Part shown: positions 17,873-26,526 of the stretch, piece after piece
Layout of the letters: the number at the start of each line of letters is the position of its first letter
Position numbering within the stretch: the first letter of the stretch is position 1
From: Thermocrinis albus DSM 14484
Lineage (GTDB): Bacteria; Aquificota; Aquificia; Aquificales; Aquificaceae
Length of the DNA stretch: 32,000 nt
Direction: 5' to 3'
Assembly: GCF_000025605.1 (NCBI RefSeq)
Contig: NC_013894.1
Location: 77,529 to 109,528, forward strand
Program-made: the position numbers and the translations under genes
Notes under the pieces: model-generated
What the model saw: the letters and a program-made list of their open reading frames with translations, nothing else
Databases searched by the model: none
What the model was told of the DNA's origin: nothing

Positions 17873-18993
17873 GGAGATCGCTTTATCTCCACCTCACCAC
17901 CCATGCCAACCCTCAGTAAGTGGATGTCTTTGCTGTTTATCCTTATTTTGACAGGTATTCTTTGAACCACTTTGGTAAACTCACCCGCCGACACATCTCT
18001 GGGAACGAGGGCAAAGGTGGCCGCAGAGGCAGGGCTTATCTGTTCCACAACACCTTCCAGAACCTTGTCAGGGTAAGCATCTAAACGCACGTAAGCTTTG
18101 GCACCCGGTTTTACACCCATCAGTTTTGTCTCTTCCAAAAGAACCTCCACATACAGAGATGAAGGATCCACCACCGAGAAGACAGGCTGACCAGCTCTTA
18201 TCACATCTCCCGGACTTACGAACCTCTTGGCTATGACACCGTCAAAGGGAGCTCTTAGATAGGTGTATTGAAGCTGGTTCTGGGCAAGTTCTTTCTGTTT
18301 TTTTAGAGCCTCTATCTGGTTTTCCAAAGACTGTATCTGTTGTCGGAGCTCCTCCAACCTCATAAGATCTGCTCTGTGTAGGTGGGTGATGCTCTGAGAC
18401 TTCTGATAGGATAATCTCAGTTCTTCCAGGTTTTTCTCTAAGGCTCTTCTTTTCTCAAGAAGCACTTTGTACTGGGTATCTATCTCTTCGTAACGTTGAA
18501 GTGGGAAAAGACCTTTACGGGTAAGATCCTCGTACCTCTCCCTGTCTTTGGATACCTTCTTCAGCTGTGCATCCAGCTCTTCCATCTGGTGTAAAAGAGC
18601 CCTCTCTTTTGCCATCACCTCTTCCTCCGTTATACGGGAGGCCTTCAGCTGAAGAGAGAGTTGTTCTGTCAGGCGTTTGTACTGAATCTCCAGCTGTCGA
18701 CGTTGGCTTTCCAGTGCCTTTATCTGGGCTTCCAAAGTATCCACCTTCAGCTGATAGTCGGAAGGATCCAACTCTGCCAAGATGTCCCCCTTTCTCACAT
18801 GGTCTCCGAGATTTACGTAAACTCTGGTAACTTTTCCATCCACCTGGAAACCTACGTTGGCCATCCTGTCTGCCTTCACAAAGACGGCGTCACTAATGGC
18901 GTACTCCCTTCTGTGTTTTATCCAAAGGATCCCATAAAGGACAAAGGCCACGATGAGGAGGGACACTACGGTGATGGCCACGTGCTTTTTCAC
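17869..18993 (-). CDS. HlyD/EmrA-family membrane fusion protein
   Basis: 374 aa. Single N-terminal TM helix, a long coiled-coil hairpin (QLEIQYKRL...LENQIEALKKQKE), and lipoyl and beta-barrel segments. GTG start overlapping the upstream stop (GTGA). Confidence 0.9.
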   Translation of the reverse strand: MKKHVAITVVSLLIVAFVLYGILWIKHRREYAISDAVFVKADRMANVGFQVDGKVTRVYVNLGDHVRKGDILAELDPSDYQLKVDTLEAQIKALESQRRQLEIQYKRLTEQLSLQLKASRITEEEVMAKERALLHQMEELDAQLKKVSKDRERYEDLTRKGLFPLQRYEEIDTQYKVLLEKRRALEKNLEELRLSYQKSQSITHLHRADLMRLEELRQQIQSLENQIEALKKQKELAQNQLQYTYLRAPFDGVIAKRFVSPGDVIRAGQPVFSVVDPSSLYVEVLLEETKLMGVKPGAKAYVRLDAYPDKVLEGVVEQISPASAATFALVPRDVSAGEFTKVVQRIPVKIRINSKDIHLLRVGMGGEVEIKRSP

Positions 18994-20255
18994 GGAAGGA
19001 CCCCCGCAGCCTTTTTCAGTTCGTAAAGAGCCTTCATATGTTCGTAACGGGCTATGACGAGATCTGCTTCCGCTTTAGTGAGGCTGGCCTGAGAGGCGAG
19101 AAGATCTGTCTGGGTTATGATCTGATTGGCGTACTGCTCTTTTGATAGTTGATAATACTGGCGTGCTAAAGCCAGTGAGTCCTCTGCCACTCTGAGATTG
19201 TCAAGGGATGTTCTCCACTTTTCGTAGGAACTCCTCACCTCCAGTTCCACTTTACCTAACGTGTCTTCTTGCTCCTTCATGAGCCTATAAACTTCCTTCT
19301 CCAATGCCATGGCCTGATAGTAGGGTCTTATACCTTGAAAACTCACACTCAGACCCAGAGAGAAACGGAAGAAACCCCTAGGATAAAGAGCAGGGTTCTG
19401 GTCTGTGTACACGTACTCCCCCTGAAACCACAACTTAGGTATGAACTGACTCCTTGCCTGAAGAACCTTGCTACGAGTACTCTCGGTAAGGTATGCCAGT
19501 GCCTTAAGAATGGGCCTTTTACTGCGAGCCATATCCAACCAGTAAGACAAAGGTCTATCTTCTTCCTGCAGCGTAGGTTCTTCCAGAGGGGTTAACTCTT
19601 CTTCTTTTATACCGGTAAGACGGGATAGGTTAGCAAGAGCTACTCTGTACTCTCCTTCCGCCGTTCTTAGAGTTCTCTCCACTTCCGAAAGACGTACCTT
19701 TGCCTGTAAAACATCGGTGACCGCTACCAGTCCCTTCTGGTAAAAAGCCTTTGCTGTCTCGTACTGAGCTTGGATAGCCTCCTTCTGCTGACGGTACACT
19801 TCCACCAGCCGAAGAGCCTTCAGGGTATCCAAGTAAGCCTTTATAACCTCCAGTTTAACTTCCTGGAGCTTTTCCTCAAAAAGATACCTTCGGTAAGAAA
19901 CCTCTTCCCTGGCGGAGTATACGGCCCCCTCTCTGTAACCTCCGTCCCACAGAGTCTGCCTTATACCTGCGCTCCACAGGGTGTAATTCCTTTTGGTGCT
20001 TTGTACCTGCTGAGTAAACTGAAGTATTGGTATGAAAAAGCTTTGAGCCTCCGACTGATGAACCAATTGACCGTTGATGAAGATCTCAGGAAGGTAGAGA
20101 CTCTTCTCTGCAAAAAGCTGGTAACGGGAAGCCTCCAGATGGTAACGTTGAGCTTGTATCTGAGGGTTGTAGGAAACAGCCCTTCGGAGGGTTTCCTCAA
20201 GAGATATTGACCAACCTAAGGAGTAAAGGAGGGTGAGTAAGACGCACCACATCAT
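18990..20255 (-). CDS. TolC-family outer membrane efflux protein (paralog 2)
   Basis: 421 aa. Signal peptide, then ISLEETLRRAVSYNPQIQA (typical TolC N-terminus). Two-repeat coiled-coil architecture. Confidence 0.85.
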   Translation of the reverse strand: MMWCVLLTLLYSLGWSISLEETLRRAVSYNPQIQAQRYHLEASRYQLFAEKSLYLPEIFINGQLVHQSEAQSFFIPILQFTQQVQSTKRNYTLWSAGIRQTLWDGGYREGAVYSAREEVSYRRYLFEEKLQEVKLEVIKAYLDTLKALRLVEVYRQQKEAIQAQYETAKAFYQKGLVAVTDVLQAKVRLSEVERTLRTAEGEYRVALANLSRLTGIKEEELTPLEEPTLQEEDRPLSYWLDMARSKRPILKALAYLTESTRSKVLQARSQFIPKLWFQGEYVYTDQNPALYPRGFFRFSLGLSVSFQGIRPYYQAMALEKEVYRLMKEQEDTLGKVELEVRSSYEKWRTSLDNLRVAEDSLALARQYYQLSKEQYANQIITQTDLLASQASLTKAEADLVIARYEHMKALYELKKAAGVLP

Positions 20256-20827
20256 CCTCTTAAGCCCTTCAGAAGGACTGTTATTCCCTCCTTGGCCAGG
20301 CGGATAACCTCTTCCAGGTCCACCTCTTCTTTAAACATATACTCTAACATCACTATCCTCATGTAACCCATATAAAGGTTCACTATGTTCTCCACGTTTC
20401 GGTAGGTGAAGTTCTCTTCCTTTACTCCTCTCTCTATCAGTTTTGTGAGAAGTTGTCTGACTTTTGCCATCTTCTCAAAGTAAATTTTTCTGAACTCTTC
20501 ACTGCTTCCCAAAAGCTGAAACATGAATATGTAAGCTATACGACGGTGCTTGTAAAACATTCTCAGAAGATCCTCTGCGTGACCCAAAAGGGCCTCTTCT
20601 ACGGGCACCTTTTTATCCACCCAGTGCTGTAAGTTTCCTAAGAGTTCTTCATTTATCTTTTCGAGAAGTTGCTGGAAAAGATCCTCTTTGCTACGGAAGT
20701 GAAAGTAAAAGGCGCCTTTAGAGAGGCCTGCCTGTTTCACTATGTCCTCCACCGATGTGGTATGATATCCTCTCTTGCTGAAGAGTTCCTCCGCCACCTC
20801 TAAGATTCTGGAACGTGTGTCCTTCAT
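20252..20827 (-). CDS. TetR-family transcriptional regulator
   Basis: 191 aa. N-terminal RILEVAEELFSKRGYHTTSVEDIVKQAGLSKGAFYFHFRSKEDLF is a canonical TetR HTH. Confidence 0.92.
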   Translation of the reverse strand: MKDTRSRILEVAEELFSKRGYHTTSVEDIVKQAGLSKGAFYFHFRSKEDLFQQLLEKINEELLGNLQHWVDKKVPVEEALLGHAEDLLRMFYKHRRIAYIFMFQLLGSSEEFRKIYFEKMAKVRQLLTKLIERGVKEENFTYRNVENIVNLYMGYMRIVMLEYMFKEEVDLEEVIRLAKEGITVLLKGLRG

Positions 20828-22056
20828 GGCAGTAGTCTCTCCAGCTGAGCTACCGAGTTGTTATACTGCATCAGAAGTAAGTAGTAGTTGGCGAGAAGGT
20901 TGTTGTAGTTGTTCCTTGCATCCAGTAACTCCAGCTGGGTGCCTACACCGTATCGGTAGCGTTCTGTAGAGAGTCTTAGGCTTTCTTTGGCTGCTTTGAT
21001 AGAGCTCTCCACAGCTTTTATCTGCTCCTTCAAGGAATCCAAGTCTAGAAGTATCTGGTTCAGCTGTGCCTTCAGTTGATACTCAAGATCTACAAGTTGT
21101 TCCTTTTGTTTAAGAAACTCCACCTCTGCCTGTGCTACACCTGCCTCTCTGGAAAAACCGTCAAAAATCTGGTATTGGAGACTGATACCTGCCGTGTAAC
21201 CCTGTATCCACTGGGTGCTTCCGGTAAGGCTCCTTCTTCCTGTAAAACCCTGGTATCCTACGGAGGCGGTTACTGTGGGATAGTACTGGGCCTTCTGAAG
21301 ATCTATCTGCCGGCGTGCCACTTGAAGTTTTTTACGGGCCACCAACAGGGTGGAGTTTCCTTCCATAACCTCCTTGATGAGTTGGTCCTTTTGGGAAGGA
21401 TAGTCTCGCAGGGTAAGATCTCCCTCCACATCTCGTATGTTGTCCTCTCTGAGGAGCCTTTTCAGTTCCTCAAGGCCTTTCTGGTAATCAGCTTTCGCCT
21501 GGTTATAACTGGCCTGTGCTTGGAGTAGCTGTGATTCTGCCCTCATGAGCTCCACTTTAGGTGCTATGCCACTTTCGTAGCGTGCTTTTGCAAGGCGGAA
21601 GTTCTCTTCCCAGTAGGCTAAGTTATCGCCAGCTAACTCTACCAGCTTCTTTCTGTATATAAGGCCGTAGAAGATCTGTTTTACCTGTAGCTCCACACTT
21701 TTGATGACATCCTGCCGGACGGCCTTCTGTAAGTCCAGCTGCTCTTTTGCCAGCTTTATACTCTCATAGATGACTGGGTTGAAGATTACCTGGGTGATCT
21801 GAAGGTTGTAACTCTGTCTGTTCTGGGGAGTAAAGCCAAAAACGAGGGTGCTCTGCTGATGCAGAAAGGAGTAACTGACAGACACCTGAGGCAACACACC
21901 TGCAAGAGCCTTTTTGATGGCATACTCTGTTTCTCTTATGTCAAGCTCTGAGAGGTTTACCGGAGTTGCCCTAAGTCTGGCAAGATGGAGAGCCTCTTGG
22001 AGGGTTATGGAGAAGGCGTGAGTTACCAGTGTAAGTATAGCCAGCAGTAGAATCAT
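20824..22056 (-). CDS. TolC-family outer membrane efflux protein (paralog 1)
   Basis: 410 aa. Signal peptide, then ITLQEALHLARL. Repeated coiled-coil and beta segments typical of OMF proteins. Confidence 0.85.
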   Translation of the reverse strand: MILLLAILTLVTHAFSITLQEALHLARLRATPVNLSELDIRETEYAIKKALAGVLPQVSVSYSFLHQQSTLVFGFTPQNRQSYNLQITQVIFNPVIYESIKLAKEQLDLQKAVRQDVIKSVELQVKQIFYGLIYRKKLVELAGDNLAYWEENFRLAKARYESGIAPKVELMRAESQLLQAQASYNQAKADYQKGLEELKRLLREDNIRDVEGDLTLRDYPSQKDQLIKEVMEGNSTLLVARKKLQVARRQIDLQKAQYYPTVTASVGYQGFTGRRSLTGSTQWIQGYTAGISLQYQIFDGFSREAGVAQAEVEFLKQKEQLVDLEYQLKAQLNQILLDLDSLKEQIKAVESSIKAAKESLRLSTERYRYGVGTQLELLDARNNYNNLLANYYLLLMQYNNSVAQLERLLP

Positions 22057-23096
22057 CTCTCTTCCACCTTCGCACCTTCTCTCAGGAGAAAAGCGTTCTC
22101 CACCGCTATCCTGTCGCCATCTTTGAGATCACCTCTTACGTAAACGGTGCCGTTCTGGTGTAGTACCACCTCCACATTTACGGGTTGCGCCGTGTTTTGG
22201 CTTATCCTCCAAACCACTTTCTGGGTTCCTCTAAGTACTACAGCGTTCTCGGGCAGACGGAAGAGGGTGAGTTTCTGGGTAGGTATACTTACCACACCGT
22301 ACATACCGGGTTTCAGTTGTCGGTTGTCGTTGGCAAGGAGAGCCTTCACCGTTATCATCCTGTTGTTGTCAGCTACAGGTGACACAAAGAAAACCTTACC
22401 TTTTCTCTCTCCTACACCTTCCACGCGTAGAGAGATCTCCATCCCTTCCTTCACGTAAGGTAGCAACTCCTGAGGAACCTGAAAAACAGCCTTTATAGGA
22501 TCCAGTGTCACCAATCTGAAGGTTGGGGACTGGACGGTAAGGTAGTCTCCTACGTTAACCATCCTCTGGGCTATGTAGCCATCGAAAGGTGCGCGAAGGA
22601 CTGTTTTGGAAAGCTCAAGCCGTGCGTTATCTAGCTGAGCCTTTATGGATCTTATTACCTCTTCTTGGGACCTTAGCTGGGTCTTCACGTTCTGAAGGTC
22701 TTCCTTGGCTATGAGATCCTTTTGGAACAGGAGCTCCCTTCTTCTCACTATGTCTTCCAGGTTTTGGTACTGGACGCGTGCCTGCTGAAGCTGTGCTTCC
22801 AGCTGCCTTACTGTGTTCTCATACTGAGAAGGATCTATTTTCAGAAGTCTCTGACCCCTCTTTACATAACTGCCCTCATCTACGTACAGTTCTAAAACTC
22901 TACCGTTCACCTCAGGCCTCAGTACTACATCTTTCTCAGCCTCTAAGTAAGCCTTGGTCTCGTAGGGTACGCTGATCTCCTCCCCCTTTACAGTTACAGT
23001 GCTTACCCTTATGGCCTGAGGTTTGGGTACAGATTGTTCTTGCCTGTGGCAAGAGTGAAGAAACAACAGAAGAGCTGCCAGTATTAAAACCATCAT
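22053..23096 (-). CDS. RND-type efflux periplasmic adaptor (AcrA/MexA-like membrane fusion lipoprotein)
   Basis: 347 aa. Lipobox-like LFLHSC at the N-terminus. Lipoyl-type motif, a short alpha-hairpin (QLEAQLQQARVQYQN...), and beta-barrel and MP domains. No RND, ABC or MFS pump gene is next to it. Confidence 0.85.
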   Translation of the reverse strand: MMVLILAALLLFLHSCHRQEQSVPKPQAIRVSTVTVKGEEISVPYETKAYLEAEKDVVLRPEVNGRVLELYVDEGSYVKRGQRLLKIDPSQYENTVRQLEAQLQQARVQYQNLEDIVRRRELLFQKDLIAKEDLQNVKTQLRSQEEVIRSIKAQLDNARLELSKTVLRAPFDGYIAQRMVNVGDYLTVQSPTFRLVTLDPIKAVFQVPQELLPYVKEGMEISLRVEGVGERKGKVFFVSPVADNNRMITVKALLANDNRQLKPGMYGVVSIPTQKLTLFRLPENAVVLRGTQKVVWRISQNTAQPVNVEVVLHQNGTVYVRGDLKDGDRIAVENAFLLREGAKVEER

Positions 23097-23104
23097 GGTG
23101 GAAG

Positions 23105-23110
23105 ATTATA
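23105..23110 (-). promoter_or_regulatory. Consensus TATAAT -10 box (minus strand), 8 nt upstream of the efflux operon ATG
   Basis: The minus strand reads TATAAT-cttccacc-ATGATG. There is no SD. Confidence 0.4.
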
Positions 23111-23114
23111 ACAT

Positions 23115-23128
23115 ACCGACCGGTCGGT
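23115..23128. promoter_or_regulatory. Perfect 14-bp palindrome ACCGACCGGTCGGT, a candidate operator for the operon-encoded TetR regulator
   Basis: Read directly. It lies 4 nt upstream of the efflux-operon -10 box, in the 62-nt divergent spacer shared with ispA. Confidence 0.5.
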
Positions 23129-23142
23129 CTGCATCCACTCTT

Positions 23143-23148
23143 TAAAAT
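23143..23148 (+). promoter_or_regulatory. -10-like hexamer TAAAAT, 10 nt upstream of the ispA ATG
   Basis: The spacer actctactgt has no SD. The geometry matches the other first genes in the window. Confidence 0.35.
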
Positions 23149-23158
23149 ACTCTACTGT

Positions 23159-23953
23159 ATGGACAAGCTGAGCCTTTGGAAGGAAAAGGTAGAGGTAAAA
23201 CTACGCCAGATTCTTGCTCCTTCGGAGCCCTTACTCCTTTACGAGGCCATGTCCTATTACCCCCTTCAGGGAGGGAAAAGGATAAGGCCTTTGCTCCTGT
23301 GCGGGGTGTGTGATGCTTTAGGTGGCAATGTAGAAGACGCTGTGGTGGTAGGGTGTGCCATAGAACTCATTCACAACTACTCTCTTATCCACGACGATCT
23401 TCCTGCCCTTGACAACGATCCTCAGAGGAGGGGACTTCCGTCCTGTCACATAGCCTTTGGTGAGGATATAGCTCTTCTGGCAGGTGATGCCCTTCTAACG
23501 TTGGCCTTCCAGGTTTTGTCAGATGTTTCCCAGTTCAACCAAGTGGAACCTTCCGATCTTCTCCTTATCATCCACGAAATAAGCAGGAGAGCCGGGAGTG
23601 AGGGTATGGTGGGTGGTCAGGTTATGGACATAAGAGGTATAGGAGACAGGAGAGAGATAAATCTCAAAAAGACGGCACAGCTCTTTGCCGCCTGTTTCGT
23701 GAGCGCAGGTATCATAGCTAAGAAAAAAAGCATGTTGAAAGATCTGGAAAAGGTGGGTATAAGGACAGGGCTTCTCTTTCAGATGTGCGATGACTGGAAG
23801 GACAAAGATGGTTACTTCAAGCTGTTGGGAGAGGATCTCGCAAAGGTCATAAAGGAGGAGGAAACAGAACTTAAGGAGGAACTGCGCCGCTTATCTCTCC
23901 TGACGCCCCCCATAGAAACCCTCATAAACTCCTTTATTCCGACATATAATTAG
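23159..23953 (+). CDS. ispA: Short-chain (E)-polyprenyl diphosphate synthase (FPP/GGPP synthase)
   Basis: 264 aa. First Asp-rich motif LIHDDLPALDNDPQRRGLPSCH. Second motif FQMCDDWKD. Confidence 0.9.
   Translation: MDKLSLWKEKVEVKLRQILAPSEPLLLYEAMSYYPLQGGKRIRPLLLCGVCDALGGNVEDAVVVGCAIELIHNYSLIHDDLPALDNDPQRRGLPSCHIAFGEDIALLAGDALLTLAFQVLSDVSQFNQVEPSDLLLIIHEISRRAGSEGMVGGQVMDIRGIGDRREINLKKTAQLFAACFVSAGIIAKKKSMLKDLEKVGIRTGLLFQMCDDWKDKDGYFKLLGEDLAKVIKEEETELKEELRRLSLLTPPIETLINSFIPTYN
23945..23950 (+). promoter_or_regulatory. Consensus TATAAT -10 box formed by the last two ispA sense codons (TAT AAT, followed by the TAG stop), positioned to start the SRP RNA
   Basis: TATAAT lies 7-8 nt upstream of the first base of the SRP RNA closing helix (about 23957-23959). 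Confidence 0.45.
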
Positions 23954-23957
23954 AAAG

Positions 23958-24036
23958 ATCCCCGCAACGGGACAGGGTGAACCCCGCCAGGCCCGGAAGG
24001 GAGCAACGGTAAGCCCGCCGTCCCGGGTGCGGGGAC
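23958..24036 (+). ncRNA. ffs: Small (4.5S-type) signal recognition particle RNA
   Basis: Contains the helix 8 core CCAGGCCCGGAAGGGAGCAACGGUAAG with a GGAA tetraloop; compare E. coli 4.5S CCAGGUCCGGAAGGAAGCAGCCAAGG. Terminal helix UCCCCGCA (23959-23966) pairs with UGCGGGGA (24028-24035), and CGGGAC pairs with GUCCCG. It is markedly GC-rich relative to its flanks. Confidence 0.85.
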
Positions 24037-24043
24037 TTTAACA

Positions 24044-24652
24044 ATGAAACGCCTATACCTGATACGCCACGCCCAGAGTGAGTACAACGAGAAAGGCATA
24101 TTTCAGGGAAGATTGGACAGCGATCTCACACCTTTGGGTTTTGTACAGGCCAGACTCTGCGCCCTAGCGCTGAAAGATAAAGGTATATCCGTCATCTACA
24201 CATCTCCCCAAAGGAGAGCTTACAAAACAGCCCTCACCATAAGTGATATCCTCCAAGTTCCCCTAAAGGTGGACGAAAGGCTTGTGGAGATGTCTTTCGG
24301 TGTTTACGAAGGCACACCTTTCTGGAAACTGGTGGAAGAAAACAGAGAGATGCTCCTAAACTGGCTGAAAAACCCGGTAGAGAATCCCCTCCCCACCCAG
24401 GAGAGTATGGAAGCCTTTGAGAGAAGGGTTCGCTCCTTCTTAGAGGACCTTAAAAAAGATCCTCACAACTCCGTTGCGGTGGTGGCTCACGGAGGTGTGC
24501 TACACGCCATGATATGTATGGCGATAGGTCTTGGTTTGGGTAACCTTTGGAACATCCACAAGGACAACACTTCCATAAGTCTTCTTGAGATGGATGAGAA
24601 GGGTTTTCGCCTTCTTTTTCTCAACGATACATGCCACCTATCTTCATTATAA
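24044..24652 (+). CDS. Histidine phosphatase superfamily protein (phosphoglycerate mutase / alpha-ribazole phosphatase-like)
   Basis: 202 aa. N-terminal LYLIRHAQSEYN (RH catalytic motif), SPQRRAYKTA, and a C-terminal VAHGGVL. Confidence 0.85.
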   Translation: MKRLYLIRHAQSEYNEKGIFQGRLDSDLTPLGFVQARLCALALKDKGISVIYTSPQRRAYKTALTISDILQVPLKVDERLVEMSFGVYEGTPFWKLVEENREMLLNWLKNPVENPLPTQESMEAFERRVRSFLEDLKKDPHNSVAVVAHGGVLHAMICMAIGLGLGNLWNIHKDNTSISLLEMDEKGFRLLFLNDTCHLSSL

Positions 24653-24653
24653 T
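24648..24653 (+). promoter_or_regulatory. Consensus TATAAT -10 box, 8 nt upstream of the leuS-alpha ATG
   Basis: Overlaps the phosphatase TAA stop. The spacer tttccact has no SD. Confidence 0.4.
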
Positions 24654-24661
24654 TTTCCACT

Positions 24662-26476
24662 ATGGAGATCTACGATCCCCACTCCATAGAAGAAAAGTGG
24701 CAGAAAATTTGGGAAGAGAAGGGTGTTTTCAAAACAGAAGAGAAAGGTGAGAAAGTTTATGTCTTAGAGATGTTCCCGTATCCCTCTGGACGTATCCACA
24801 TGGGTCATGTGAGAAACTACACCATAGGTGACGCCATAGCCCGTTTTCTGAGGATGAGAGGGAAGGCTGTCCTACATCCCATGGGATGGGATGCCTTTGG
24901 GCTTCCCGCCGAAAACGCTGCCATAAAGCACGGAGTTCATCCCGCCCAATGGACCAAGTCCAACATATCTTACATGAGAGACCAGCTTCGTAGGTTGGGT
25001 TTCTCCTACGACTGGGATAGGGAGATAGCCACCTGCGATCCCGAGTACTACCGATGGAACCAGTGGATATTCCTCAAGTTTTTGGAAAAGGGCCTTGCTT
25101 ACAGGAAAGAGGCCGAGGTCAACTACTGTCCCAACGATGAGACGGTTTTGGCCAACGAGCAGGTGATAGAGGGAAGATGCTGGAGGTGTGGAACACCCAT
25201 AGTGAGGAAAAAGGTACCCTCCTGGTACCTCCGTATAACCCAGTACGCGGAGAGACTGCTGGAGGATCTGGAAAAGCTGGAAGGCAAGTGGCCCGAGAGG
25301 GTCATAGCCCAGCAAAAGAACTGGATAGGAAAGTCTACCGGTGCCATCGTAAAGTTTCCGGTGGGTGACTCCTATGTAGAGATATTCACCACCAGACCAG
25401 ATACCATCTTTGGAGCTACCTTCTTAGTTCTGGCACCGGAGCATCCTATGACACTGACTCTAGCACAGATGGGAGGAAGAGAGAAAGAGGTGCAGAAATT
25501 CCTCAGGAAGATGGAAAGTATGTCCACCAGAGAGAGAAGCACTTCGGAGGAAAAGGAGGGTGTCTTTCTGGGAGTTTGGGCCAAAAACCCGGCTACAGGT
25601 GAAGAAATACCTGTGTGGACAGCCAACTACGTCCTTTATGAGTACGGCACAGGTGCCATAATGGCTGTTCCCGCTCACGATCAGAGAGATTATGAGTTTG
25701 CCATCAAGTACAACCTACCTGTAAAGGTGGTGGTGGTTCCTGAGGACGGTGTAAAGGTGGAAGGCAGAGCCTACGAAGAGGCAGGTATTTTGGTGAACTC
25801 GGGTCCCTTTGACGGTATGCCTTCCCAAGAGGCCAAAAAGGCCATTGTGGAGTGGTTAGCCCAGAAGGGGTTGGCCCGTTGGCACACCACTTACCGCCTG
25901 AGAGATTGGAACATATCCCGCCAGCGCTACTGGGGTACGCCTATACCTGTTGTACACTGCCCGGTGTGTGGTATAGTTCCTGTGCCAGAGGACCAACTGC
26001 CGGTCCTTCTTCCCACCCACGTGAAGGTGACTGGTCACGGAAACCCCCTCCAGCAAGTGGATGAGTTTGTAAACACTGTCTGTCCCAAATGTAAGGGACC
26101 TGCCAAAAGAGAAACAGACACTATGGACACCTTCTTTGATTCCTCTTGGTACTTCCTGCGCTTTTGCGATCCTCACAATGACAAAAAACCCTTTGATGAG
26201 GAAAAGGTCAAAAGATGGATGCCCGTGGACCTATACATAGGGGGTATAGAGCATGCTGTCCTCCATCTTCTGTATGCTCGCTTCTTCCAAAAGTTTCTCA
26301 AAGATCTGGGTATGGTGGATCACGACGAGCCCTTCCTCCGTTTGGTGACACAGGGTATGGTGCTGAAAAGGTGGGTGAGTGTGGAGCGCCTTCTTAAGTT
26401 CCTTGGCCTTTCAGAGGACGATCCTTTAGATAAACTGGTAGAGGCCGTAAGGAGGTTGGCAACCGTTGAAAAGTGA
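24662..26476 (+). CDS. leuS: Leucyl-tRNA synthetase, alpha subunit of a split enzyme
   Basis: 604 aa. HIGH-type motif [15 protein letters not shown]1 editing domain [12 protein letters not shown]. Zn-binding [17 protein letters not shown] and LVTQGMV are present, but the ORF stops about 40 aa later and has no KMSKS motif or anticodon-binding domain. Confidence 0.93.
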   Translation: MEIYDPHSIEEKWQKIWEEKGVFKTEEKGEKVYVLEMFPYPSGRIHMGHVRNYTIGDAIARFLRMRGKAVLHPMGWDAFGLPAENAAIKHGVHPAQWTKSNISYMRDQLRRLGFSYDWDREIATCDPEYYRWNQWIFLKFLEKGLAYRKEAEVNYCPNDETVLANEQVIEGRCWRCGTPIVRKKVPSWYLRITQYAERLLEDLEKLEGKWPERVIAQQKNWIGKSTGAIVKFPVGDSYVEIFTTRPDTIFGATFLVLAPEHPMTLTLAQMGGREKEVQKFLRKMESMSTRERSTSEEKEGVFLGVWAKNPATGEEIPVWTANYVLYEYGTGAIMAVPAHDQRDYEFAIKYNLPVKVVVVPEDGVKVEGRAYEEAGILVNSGPFDGMPSQEAKKAIVEWLAQKGLARWHTTYRLRDWNISRQRYWGTPIPVVHCPVCGIVPVPEDQLPVLLPTHVKVTGHGNPLQQVDEFVNTVCPKCKGPAKRETDTMDTFFDSSWYFLRFCDPHNDKKPFDEEKVKRWMPVDLYIGGIEHAVLHLLYARFFQKFLKDLGMVDHDEPFLRLVTQGMVLKRWVSVERLLKFLGLSEDDPLDKLVEAVRRLATVEK

Positions 26477-26488
26477 CATGGAGTTTGT

Positions 26489-26526
26489 GGGCACTCAAAT
26501 GCCGCCTGCCGGGTTTCTGAGTGCCC
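26489..26526 (+). promoter_or_regulatory. 9-bp GC-rich hairpin (GGGCACUCA / UGAGUGCCC, 20-nt loop) within a structured 121-nt spacer. Candidate leuS 3' structure or cis-regulatory RNA.
   Basis: The complementarity is read directly. No U-tract follows it. Alternative, mutually exclusive helices exist (see findings). A TATAAAT -10-like box lies at 26540-26546. Confidence 0.4.

Noticed and set aside
24872-25347. Minus-strand ORFs (147 and 74 aa) inside leuS-alpha.
   Set aside because: They are antisense to a high-confidence CDS and have no recognisable features.
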